This document shows, one piece after another, positions 29,025 to 38,600 of a stretch of DNA of 64,000 nucleotides. The stretch covers positions 512,001 to 576,000 of the forward strand of contig CAVRBU010000004.1 in assembly GCA_963719315.1 (NCBI GenBank), read 5' to 3'. Each line of letters opens with the position of its first letter. The stretch's first letter is position 1. A model generated the notes under the pieces. It worked only from the letters and a program-made list of their open reading frames with translations, had not been told where the DNA came from and ran no database searches. The position numbers and the translations under genes are program-made. Source of the DNA: an uncultured Planctomycetota bacterium (GTDB lineage Bacteria; Planctomycetota; Planctomycetia; Pirellulales; Lacipirellulaceae).

Positions 29025-30557
29025 ATGCGCAACACCCGCGATACAAAGCTTCTGTTCGAACTCTCCGAAGCCGGCCGCCGCGCGCACCGGCTGCCGGCGT
29101 GTGATGTGCCCGAGCGCCCCGTTGCCGAGTTGCTGCCCGCCACTGTTCTGGCCGCCGCGCCCCCTCCCCTGCCCGAACTCTCGGAGCCAGAGGTCGTGCG
29201 GCATTTTGTGAATCTGTCGCAGCTCAACATGAGTGTCGATACGCACTTCTATCCGCTCGGGTCGTGTACGATGAAGTACAACCCGAAGCGGAATGAGCGG
29301 ATCGCCCGGATGCCGGGCTTCTGCGATTTGCATCCGTATCAGCCGGAATCGACGCTGCAAGGCATGTTGCAGGTCCTGTACGAGATGCAGGAATATCTCA
29401 AGGAGATTTCGGGCCTCGCGGCCTGCTCGCTGCAACCGGCGGCCGGGGCGCATGGCGAGCTCACTGCTCTGCTGGTCGCCGCCGCGTACTTCCGCGATCG
29501 GGGCGAGAAGCGAACCAAGGTGCTTGTGCCCGATAGCGCCCATGGCACGAACCCCGCCAGTGCCACGATGGCCGGGTTCCAAACCGTCACCGTGAAAACG
29601 CTGCCCAGCGGCACGCTCGACATGGACGATCTCCGTCGTCATCTCGACGACAAGATCGCCGTGTTCATGATCACCAACCCGAACACGGTCGGCATCTTCG
29701 AGCCCAAGATGCACGAAATTGCGGACGCCGTCCACAAACATGGCGGCCTGGTGTACCTCGACGGCGCGAATATGAACGCCATTCTCGGCATCGCCCGGCC
29801 GGGCGATTTCGGCGCCGACATGCAGCACTACAACCCCCACAAGACCTTCAGCGGCCCGCACGGCGGCGGCGGGCCGGGGGCGGGGCCGATTTGTGTGACC
29901 GAGGAGCTTGCGCCGTACTTACCTGCTCCGATTGTGGTGAAGGTCAAGAGTCAAGAGTCAAGAGTCAAGAGCCAGAACCGTGACTCAACACCTTCTTCGG
30001 CTCTTAACTCACGACTCTCGACGCTTGACTCTTACGCTCTCGATTACAGCCGTCCCAAATCGATCGGCCGCGTGCGGGCGTTCTTCGGCAACGTCGGCGT
30101 GCTCGTGCGGGCGTACTGCTACATTCGCACGCATGGCCCGGATGGCCTCCGCCGAGTGAGCGAAAACGCCGTGCTCAACGCGAACTATCTGCTTAGCCGC
30201 GTGAAGCATTTTCTGCCAGTGCCGCAGGGCGATCGCTGCATGCACGAGTTCGTCGCGTCCGCCGCGAAGCTCAAAGGCGAAAAGGGCATCTCGGCGATGG
30301 ACATCGCCAAGCGGCTGTTGGATTTCGGCTTCCACGCTCCGACCGTGTACTTCCCGCTCTCGGTGAAGGAGGCGATCATGGTCGAGCCGACGGAGACCGA
30401 GAGCAAGGAAACACTCGACGCCTTCGCCGAAACTCTGTTCCGTATCATCGGAGAAGATGCCGAAACGCTCCACGATGCGCCCCACACGACGCCCATTAGC
30501 CGACCGGATGATGTACGCGCCGCACGCCAGCCGGTGCTCGTTTATCGGGAGGCGTAG
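29025..30557 (+). CDS. gcvPB: Glycine dehydrogenase (decarboxylating) subunit 2
   Basis: YPLGSCTMKYNPK, SAHGTNPAS, YLDGANMNA, PLP-lysine motif HKTFSGPHGGGGPG, EPTETESK. Confidence 0.96.
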   Translation: MRNTRDTKLLFELSEAGRRAHRLPACDVPERPVAELLPATVLAAAPPPLPELSEPEVVRHFVNLSQLNMSVDTHFYPLGSCTMKYNPKRNERIARMPGFCDLHPYQPESTLQGMLQVLYEMQEYLKEISGLAACSLQPAAGAHGELTALLVAAAYFRDRGEKRTKVLVPDSAHGTNPASATMAGFQTVTVKTLPSGTLDMDDLRRHLDDKIAVFMITNPNTVGIFEPKMHEIADAVHKHGGLVYLDGANMNAILGIARPGDFGADMQHYNPHKTFSGPHGGGGPGAGPICVTEELAPYLPAPIVVKVKSQESRVKSQNRDSTPSSALNSRLSTLDSYALDYSRPKSIGRVRAFFGNVGVLVRAYCYIRTHGPDGLRRVSENAVLNANYLLSRVKHFLPVPQGDRCMHEFVASAAKLKGEKGISAMDIAKRLLDFGFHAPTVYFPLSVKEAIMVEPTETESKETLDAFAETLFRIIGEDAETLHDAPHTTPISRPDDVRAARQPVLVYREA

Positions 30558-30623
30558 AGTGGTGCCGTCCACCACAAGTGAAATGCATCCATCAGGGCCA
30601 TTGGTGGGCAATGCTCACCCTAC
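30554..30623. repeat. GTAG-type REP pair (gtgggc..gcccac family)
   Basis: gtagagtggtgccgtccacca ... tggtgggcaatgctcaccctac; the GTAG contains the gcvPB stop codon. Confidence 0.65.
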
Positions 30624-31434
30624 TGATTGTCGTTTGATCATCGACCCGCCCCTGCCCGGTCCTTGGAACATGGGCGTCGATGAAGCGCTACTGGCGGAGG
30701 CCTTCGAGAACGGCGTCGCCACGCTGCGGTTCTACCAGTGGAACGAGCCTACACTTTCACTCGGGTACTTCCAGCGCTACGCGGACCGCGAGCAGCATGC
30801 TGCCAGCCGCAACTGCCCTGTGGTCCGCCGCCAATCTGGGGGCGGTGCAATACTGCACGACCACGAACTTACGTACAGCCTCGCCGTGCCGAGCAGTTTT
30901 CCGCTCGCTCGACAGGCCGGAGCGCTTTACGATTATGTTCACTCAGCGTTCATCGCTGCCCTTACCGGCCTGCCTTTTAGCCCATCTTCCTCCGCGCTGC
31001 GAATTCGGGGCGACCAAACTGCTCCGCCGGCGATCCATGAGCCTTTCTTGTGCTTCGAACGCCAATCCCCGGGCGACGTTATCCTCATACCGGGCGGCAG
31101 TGCGGCAACGGCCGGTTATCCGACCTCAACCGCCACTCCCGAATCAGGCTGGAAAGTGCTGGGCAGTGCCCAACGCCGCCACCGCGGAGCCATCCTGCAG
31201 CATGGCAGTCTGCTCGCAAAAAAGTCCGTTGCTGCCCCCGAATTGCCGGGATTAAGCGATCTTTCTAACATGGAATTGCAGATAGATGAGCTAGCCGCAG
31301 CCGTTGCCGCCGGGTTTGCCGCTGCACTCAATGTCCGTCTGGTGCCGGATCAATTGTCCAAAGATGTGGAATCCAAAGCGGCCGATCTCGCGAATAAGAA
31401 GTATAGCTCCGCGGCTTGGACAAAACGCCGTTAA
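30583..31434 (+). CDS. Lipoate-protein ligase / octanoyltransferase (LipM/LplA family)
   Basis: WNMGVDEALL, LRFYQWNEPTLSLGYFQ, RRQSGGGAILHD, KVLGSAQRR..GAILQHGS. Start uncertain. Confidence 0.88.
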   Translation: MHPSGPLVGNAHPTDCRLIIDPPLPGPWNMGVDEALLAEAFENGVATLRFYQWNEPTLSLGYFQRYADREQHAASRNCPVVRRQSGGGAILHDHELTYSLAVPSSFPLARQAGALYDYVHSAFIAALTGLPFSPSSSALRIRGDQTAPPAIHEPFLCFERQSPGDVILIPGGSAATAGYPTSTATPESGWKVLGSAQRRHRGAILQHGSLLAKKSVAAPELPGLSDLSNMELQIDELAAAVAAGFAAALNVRLVPDQLSKDVESKAADLANKKYSSAAWTKRR

Positions 31435-31801
31435 GCCGGGAGGCCACGAAGCCGAACTATGAAAAAGAGGTCGATTACCCCGGCCAATGCGGCACTCGCC
31501 GCCGATTACTTGGAGGATGCGCATTTCGAGCACAACTTTGTATTGAATCCACCCGAACGGGGCAGTATGCTGACAATCTGAATTCACACTAGAATACCCG
31601 CCAATTCGTGCAGAAAGGACTTCAGCGTCTGTATATGATTAAGTAAGACTCATCGCAACGAGTGGCTAGATACATAGATTATTTTCTGGCGGCGAATTCG
31701 TCGCCCGATCCATTTCCCGTGCCGCTCCCTAAGTTGCCTCCGCAAACCTTTGGCTTTGTTTGTATAGAATTCTATAGTCAGCGGATGAAGGCAAGGAATC
31801 G

Positions 31802-32633
31802 ATGAAGTTAAAACTGGTCGTATTAGCCGGCGCCAAGGAAGGCCTCGAAATCCCGTTGAAGAAAGAGAAGTTTCTCATCGGGCGGGCCAAGGAGTGCGCA
31901 CTGCGCCGGCAGCGAGGCGATTAGCCGACAACATTGCGCCATCTATCGGCGCGACGACGGCTATACCGTCAAAGATCTCGGCAGCCGCAACGGCACGCAC
32001 GTCAACGACAAGCGAATCACGGAAGAAGTGCCGCTCGTGGCCGGCAACGAGCTGCGCGTCGGCCCGCTCAAGTTTCGTATCGACGTCATCGGCGAGAAGA
32101 GCGCGAAGAATTCGGCGCCCAGCACGACCGCTCCCACCGCGCCCAAGGCCAAAGAAGAGGGTAAATCCCGCAAGCACCCTCCCGTAAAGAATGTGGCTGA
32201 CGTCGTGCAACGCACGATGAGCATGTCGGACAGCATGACCGAGGATGACGTGTCGCGCTGGTTGCTGGGCGTGACGGATGTCGACGGCCCCGAGACGCTC
32301 AAAGAGACGCGCTCGCTAAAAGCCGAGGAGACTCGAACGACGATGACACGAGTCACCAAGCCGGGCGACACGGCGACGGTCGACGACGTCAGCAAATTGG
32401 CTCAGGCCGCAGCCGCCGAAAACGAGGAAGAGGTCGAGCCGGGCGGCGAGTCAGCCGACGATGAAGAGTCCGCCGAGGAGGGCAGCGGCGTATGGAGTTG
32501 GCTCAAGCGCGGCAAAGGCGGATCGTCCAAGAAAAAACCCGGCAAGCTTCCGCCGCGCACCGACCAGGAGCCCACGAAGGACAGCCGCGAGGCCGCAGCC
32601 GACATCCTCCGCGAAATGCAGCGCCGCCGGTAA
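31802..32633 (+). CDS. FHA domain-containing protein (apparent frameshift near 31905)
   Basis: Manual translation MKLKLVVLAGAKEGLEIPLKKEKFLIGRAKECALR, then in a shifted frame GSEAISRQHCAI...KDLGSRNGTHVND, joining ORF 32028..32633 (ends DSREAAADILREMQRRR). Confidence 0.88.
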
Positions 32634-32807
32634 CGGCGTTCTCTCTTTCCCTTGTGCGACGTGCCAGGTACGATGCAGGCAAAGGTGCACCGCGAGTGCG
32701 CCCAGCGTGCGTTCGCCAGTTGGAATTTCAACTTAGTCGAGTGCGCCTGGTTGGGACCGCGAACAGGCAAACCAATACTCCGCCGCTAACTTTCAGATCG
32801 ACGAACC

Positions 32808-33059
32808 ATGAGCAACAATCGACGCATCTCCGAACGCCGCGTGGCCGGCCTGCTGGGACTGGCCTTCGACGCCGACGACGGTCACAAACGCATCACCCGC
32901 GGCAATAACTTTTTGCTCGCCGGCGGCTCGGAGCAAACTCACGTCTTGATGCGCGACACCATCCTGCGGGTCAACAAAGAACTCGATTCCCGCGGACTCG
33001 AACTGGCCGATGTCTCGGCCGACGAGCTCCGCGACTTGCTCAACGATACCCAATTGTAA
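32808..33059 (+). CDS. Conserved hypothetical protein
   Basis: GLLGLAFDADDGHKRITRGNNFLLAGGSEQTH; host-like codon usage. Confidence 0.75.
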   Translation: MSNNRRISERRVAGLLGLAFDADDGHKRITRGNNFLLAGGSEQTHVLMRDTILRVNKELDSRGLELADVSADELRDLLNDTQL

Positions 33060-33064
33060 ATAAA

Positions 33065-33090
33065 AAGTGCCTCCCGGACGGAAGGCGCTC
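33065..33090. terminator. Probable terminator hairpin between convergent genes
   Basis: aaaaagtgcctcccggacggaaggcgctct; the A-run gives a U-tail on the minus strand. Confidence 0.5.
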
Positions 33091-33165
33091 TGCGAGTGTT
33101 CGTTTGTAGTAGCTGAACTCGCAAGTGTTCAGCCACGCAGCCATCTCATCTGAATCCTTGCGAAT

Positions 33166-33657
33166 TCAGCTACGAGAGGACTTCTGCCGTTGACTCTTGG
33201 TCTGTCCAGGCCGGCAGCTCGGCTGGCATTGGCTTGGCCGATGCGGCCGACATGGCCGTGCTGTGCACGCGCCGGTCGTCGACAGTTTCACGTAGCCGAG
33301 CGAATTGATCACCTCCAACACTTCGCTGCAGGTGGGGAACATGCGGCCACTCTTCCGCTTGTAATCGTCGAGCGCGTTCATGAACTCGACTTCCTGATCA
33401 GTGTAATCGCGTTCGCAGGTGGTCGGGTCGATCTGGCGTCGGCGGTTGACCTTTTTGCGACGTTCGAGGGTCGGGCCGGCCGGCGACGTGCTCTCGGCTG
33501 CGGCCGCTTCACCGGCGCGGCGATCCTTACTGCGGCGATCAATCGTAATCGCCTCGTCGCCCGCTTTGACCGCGGAACGGGTAACCGCTTTTTTCATCGA
33601 GCGGGAAGATGTCGGTCGTTTGCCAGCCGATTTCGTCGCCGTTTTATTTTGAGCCAC
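33166..33657 (-). CDS. Conserved planctomycete hypothetical protein (possible frameshift near 33270)
   Basis: GTG start after [50 protein letters not shown]; an alternative-frame tail [21 protein letters not shown] ends at 33170. Confidence 0.75.
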   Translation of the reverse strand: MAQNKTATKSAGKRPTSSRSMKKAVTRSAVKAGDEAITIDRRSKDRRAGEAAAAESTSPAGPTLERRKKVNRRRQIDPTTCERDYTDQEVEFMNALDDYKRKSGRMFPTCSEVLEVINSLGYVKLSTTGACTARPCRPHRPSQCQPSCRPGQTKSQRQKSSRS

Positions 33658-33990
33658 CGTTGGGGATCTCCTGTAGCAGCCGCGAGCCGAGCGGCAGTTC
33701 ATGTTGGGGAGGGATTGCCTGGTGTCCGCTTCGGCTCGGCGGACCCCTCGTGGAAGCGCAATTTGCCGTTGTGGAAAGATGACACCGGGGACGCATGTAG
33801 GCATCGGGAAACGGTCTGCGGGATGTAAAGCAGTCCGGAAAAATGGGCAGTTTGCATAGATATGCCGGATCGTGCGGATTTAACGGGTCCGCGAGACTTT
33901 CCCGCCGTGCTGGCATTCCGCCGACATGTGTGCAGGGTAAGCGGATAAAGCAGATTGCTACGGGCTTCTGAATGCGACAGTTAAACCGCC

Positions 33991-34019
33991 TTGCACGCTG
34001 CTGCGGCCGTTGATATTCT
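33991..34019 (+). promoter_or_regulatory. Putative sigma70 promoter for the TPR gene
   Basis: TTGCAC, 17-nt spacer, TGn-extended TATTCT. Confidence 0.45.
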
Positions 34020-34097
34020 CCGCCGCCATTGCCCCGGCGGTCCCGAAAACGCTGGCGACCTTTTCACAGCGCTCTTCCCCGTTACGAGTCGCGACCC

Positions 34098-34862
34098 GTG
34101 TCGATCACCTCCTCCAAACCGCGGATTAGATCACTCGCCACCAGCGGGTGGCTGGCGGGGATCGCGCTGTGTCTTGCGGCCGCGAGTGGGTGCAGCAATA
34201 TCCAGTCGCAGGCCGCCAACGTCGAGGGCGTGAAGCTCTACCAACAAGGCAATTACCAGCAGGCATCCGACCGCTTCCAACAAGCGATCGCCCAAAATCC
34301 GAAGTCGCCGGAAGGCTACTACAACCTGGCCGCGTCGCTTCACAAGACGGGCACGCTCTACAATCGCCCGAACGACCTGCAACAGGCCGAGAACCTGTAC
34401 AACCAATGTCTGGAGCGCGATCCGAATCACGCCGAATGTTACCGCGGCCTGGCGGTGCTGCTGAATGAAACCGGCCGGCAACAGGAGGCGTTCAACCTGC
34501 TCAACCATTGGGCCGGCAACGCCCCGAAATCGGCCGATCCGAAGATCGAACTCGCTCGCCTGCTCGAAGAATCCAATCAACCCGAACAGGCCAAGGCCCA
34601 ACTGGTCGACGCGCTCACGATCGACCCCCACAACGCCCGCGCGCTGACCGCGCTGGGCCGCCTCCGCGATCAATCGGGCGATCACATGCAGGCGCTCGCC
34701 AACTACCAGCGTTCGCTCAACGAGAATCGCTTCCAGCCCGAGGTAGCCGCCCGCGTGGCCCAACTGCAAGGGGCCGTCAACGGCGGCGGCGCACCGGCCG
34801 CCATCGCGCCCTCGACCGCGACCCGCACGGCCAACGGCGCGCAGCCGCCGTTGCGGTATTAA
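34098..34862 (+). CDS. Tetratricopeptide-repeat lipoprotein
   Basis: Lipobox ASGC; TPR repeats (GYYNLA, AENLYNQCLERDPNHAECYRGLA, ALTIDPHNARAL). Confidence 0.88.
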   Translation: MSITSSKPRIRSLATSGWLAGIALCLAAASGCSNIQSQAANVEGVKLYQQGNYQQASDRFQQAIAQNPKSPEGYYNLAASLHKTGTLYNRPNDLQQAENLYNQCLERDPNHAECYRGLAVLLNETGRQQEAFNLLNHWAGNAPKSADPKIELARLLEESNQPEQAKAQLVDALTIDPHNARALTALGRLRDQSGDHMQALANYQRSLNENRFQPEVAARVAQLQGAVNGGGAPAAIAPSTATRTANGAQPPLRY

Positions 34863-34935
34863 TTGCTGCATTTTGCAATCAATCAGCAGCGCATCGGCCC
34901 TGGTTCGACCGCGGCTTGCAGTGTAACCTGCAAGG

Positions 34936-35424
34936 ATGAAACCGTCTGCTTATCTCGAGACAACCATCGTCAGCTATTTACCGGCTTGGCCGAGCCGCGA
35001 CCTCGTGATGGCGGCCAATCAGGAAACGACTCGCGAATGGTGGAGCACGCGCAAAGAAGAGTTTGATCTTTACATTTCCCAGCCCGTGATCGAAGAGTCC
35101 AACGCGGGAGACGCCGACGCGGCTGCTCGCCGCTGGGATATTCTCCAGCACTTTCCGAGACTGACGATTGCCGAAAAAGTCGAGGAGCTCGCCGGTTTAG
35201 TCATTGCCGACGTTCCCCTGCCAGCAAAGGCGCAAACCAACGCGCTTCACATTGCCGCCGCTGCCGTCCATGCTATGAATTACTTGTTGACCTGGAATTG
35301 TGCGCACATCGCCAATGCAACCCTCCGACCTCGAATAGAAGCGATTTGCCGTGGAGCGGGTTACGAGCCGCCCGTGATCTGCACACCGCTGGAACTCTTG
35401 GGGAGAGAAACCAATGTCACGTGA
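34936..35424 (+). CDS. PIN-domain (VapC-like) toxin
   Basis: AYLETTIVSYL, LYISQPVIEE, NALHIAAA, YLLTWNCAHIANA, ICTPLEL. Confidence 0.85.
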   Translation: MKPSAYLETTIVSYLPAWPSRDLVMAANQETTREWWSTRKEEFDLYISQPVIEESNAGDADAAARRWDILQHFPRLTIAEKVEELAGLVIADVPLPAKAQTNALHIAAAAVHAMNYLLTWNCAHIANATLRPRIEAICRGAGYEPPVICTPLELLGRETNVT

Positions 35425-35623
35425 CTCAATCGTCGACGAAGTTCGCAAGGCGCGAGATGAGTACGCGCGAAAATTTAACTACGATCTGCACGCGATCTGC
35501 GAGGATCTGCGCAGGAAGGAAAAGGAGTCCGGCGCGGTTGTCGTGACGCTCCCCAAGCGGACGCCCATCTCGACGGCCCTTGGCGTCGATGCTGCTCGGA
35601 CACAGTCCCCCGCCCAACGTTAG
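35414..35623 (+). CDS. Small partner (putative antitoxin) of the PIN protein
   Basis: DSIVDEVRKARDEYARKFNYDLHAICEDLRRKE; overlaps the PIN stop by 11 nt. Confidence 0.75.
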   Translation: MSRDSIVDEVRKARDEYARKFNYDLHAICEDLRRKEKESGAVVVTLPKRTPISTALGVDAARTQSPAQR

Positions 35624-38600
35624 CGGCTCACTCCGCTCATCATGGCCTCAAACGCCACATCCAGCGCGCCGAACGCAGCATCCGCTTCAGCGTGAGCGTT
35701 TACGCGGCCGTCGCCTTGGATCGTGTCCATCACTTCTTTTCCGCGACCGTCACCGCGCGCGTCGAGCCACGCCACCAACGCATCATCGCGCCGGTTCCCC
35801 TCTCCCCTTGGGAGAGGGCTAGGATGAGGGGCTATCGAACGGGCGCCACGGCTGGCTGGCCCAGCAATGCCAAATGCCGCGACTGTTGGCACAGGTTGTG
35901 CGCGGGTCTCCAGATCCAGCGCGTTGAACGCCGCATCAACCCCCGGCAGAGCCGAGGGCTGCTGCGCGGATTGCACACCTTGAGCTTCGGCGAAGAACGC
36001 GGCACCCGCACTGGACGACACGCCTCCCACGCTGCCACTCGTACCTTCCGCACTCCCCACCCCCCCTTCCACACTCGCGCCGGTTCCTGGTCCGAGCACC
36101 TGTCCGAAATGCGCCCGCCACACACTGTAATCGGCCTGATTGATCGTGCCGTCGCCGTTGCCGTCGGCGCCGCTGTAAGAAGAAACGCTGTTCCCTAGCG
36201 TTTTCCGCCAGAGGATGTAATCGGACGCACCTACGACACCATCCTCCGCGTAGTCTCCGCTGGCGGACGGCGGGGGCGGTTGCAGCTCGAACGCGCCGAT
36301 ATCGACGATGGCGCCGCCGACTCCATCGCCGTCGATAATTCGCGCAAACGGATCACCCCGTTGATCAACGCTTGGAATTGCGATGTAAGTCGGGCTGCCC
36401 GTATCAATGGCCGGGCTGCCGGGCAACAGGGCATGGGTCTTTGTCGGTCCCAGATTGTCGGCCAGCGGGCCAAGCAAGGGGTTGATGGGGGAGCCGGCCG
36501 TGCCGATTTGATTACCGCCGTTGTTAGTAATCGACGCGCCGGTGCTGTCGCCAATGATGCTGAACGTGGCGGTCACTGGCCCCGAGATGTCGCGGGACGA
36601 TGCCACGCTCGTATTGCCGGCGACGATCGTGTGGCTCATCGTCAGTGTGCCACCGAATACGTTGACGCCACCGCCGGCAACGCTGCCGAAGTTATTGGTG
36701 ATCGTGCTAGAGTCGATTTTCGACGTGCTGAAGTAGCTCAAAACGCCGCCGCCCGACCCGGAAGTGTTGCCGCTGATGGTGCTATCGAAGACATACATCG
36801 TCGCATTCACAACTTCAATGCCGCCGCCGTTGCTGTTGGGGGACTGATTTCCGGATATCGTGCAGTTAAGCACCCTCAAGTAGCCGTATTTTTCCAGCAA
36901 ACCGCCGCCGTAGGAGGCGGTGTTGCCGCTGATGGTGCTGTAGGAGATGCCAAATTGCGCGTCGCGGTTGTAGACTCCGCCGCCACTGAGGGCCACGTTT
37001 CCGCTGATTGTGCTGCGAGTTACGGACCAACTGCTGGAGCCGGTGTGAAACAGCCCGCCGCCATAGGTCGCCGTATTGTCGCTCACCGTACTCCCGGATA
37101 CAGATAAAACGTTTCCATTAACACTGGAAATGCCGCCACCCTGGTTGGCAAAGTTGCCACTGATGGTGCTTCCCGTAACGGTCAAGTTGCTTGCCTGTCC
37201 GCCGCGGATGCCGCCGCCCGATGAAATCGCCGCATTGTCGATAATCGTGCAGTCGGCGACTGTAAGATGTTCCTCAGTGCGAATCGCTCCGCCGGCGCCG
37301 CTGACATCGCCGCCAGTAAGCGTCAGGCCGCTCAGCGAGACCGTAATGAATGTGCTGCTGATTCCGTCATCGATGCTAAGCACACGGCTGCCGTCGAGGT
37401 TCTTCGTATTGGGCGTGGGGTCATTGCCCGAGGCGTCGATCGTCAACAGGCTTGCGCCGAGGCCCGTGATCGTAAGCGAGTCATTGATTAGTAACTCTCC
37501 GAGTTTCAGCAGAATCGTACCATTTGTCAGCGAGGGACTAAATGTGATCGTATCGGCTCCCACGCTGCCGTTCGCTAGCAAGATTGCCTCGCGCAGCGAG
37601 AGATCGCCCGCGCCGTAGTTAACGTCATTTTCATCGACGAGCGTATCGACAACAAGGTTCAATCCGGACACGGCTTGGCGTTCGTAGGAGCCGATATCAA
37701 TCCGCGCGCCGCCCACGCCGTCGTTGTCGAAGACGCGCACGAACGGCGCGCTGCGCTGATCGTTGGCCGGAGGGCCGACGAACGCCGGGTTGCCTGCATC
37801 CAGCGCCGGACTGCCAGCGCGTAGGGCGTGGGTCATTGTCGGCCCGCCGTTATAGGCCAGCGGGAAGAGCAGCGGATTGGTGATGCCCGTTTGATCGCCC
37901 GGCTGGTTAAAATTGCCCGTCGCGTTTCCAGTTCCGATGAGGTTGTAGCCGTGCGATAGAAACGTATTGATGCCACCCGACCCGCTGCTCGTGAAATTCA
38001 CATCGCCGCCGGCATTGCCGGCAATGATCGTCGAGGTAACTTCCGTCCGCGTGTAGAAGGCGCTACCCTGAGACGATACACCGCCGCCCTCCGAAGTCGA
38101 CGAAGTGTTGTTCGTGATCGTGCTGCTACTAATCACCGCGAGTCCGGCGCCGATCTCCAGCCCGCCGCCACGATGCGCAGCCGTGTTTCCGCTAATCGTG
38201 CTGTTGGAGATGGTGATTTGCGGTGCGCTGGGATTGTAGTTATGGAAATAGATACCGCCGCCACTACCACTCGTCGAGTTTCCGCTAATCGTGCTATTGG
38301 TGATCGACAGACTTCCGGCATACGTGTGATTGATTCCCCCACCGCTGCCAACACTGAAGTTGTCGCGAATCGTAACGCCGCTAATCGTCAAGTTCGCTTC
38401 ATTGAAAATCGCACCGCCAGTACCGTCATAGAAATCAGAATCACCGCCGGTCATCGTCAGGCCGCTGATCGTCGCGTCGAAGAGCCCTCCGCGAGTTTCG
38501 ATCCTGAACACCTGACCGCCGTCGCCGTTGTTCGTGCTTGGCGTCGGGTCGCTTCCCGAGGCGTCGATCGTCAACAAATCCGCGCCCGGGCCGTTGACCC

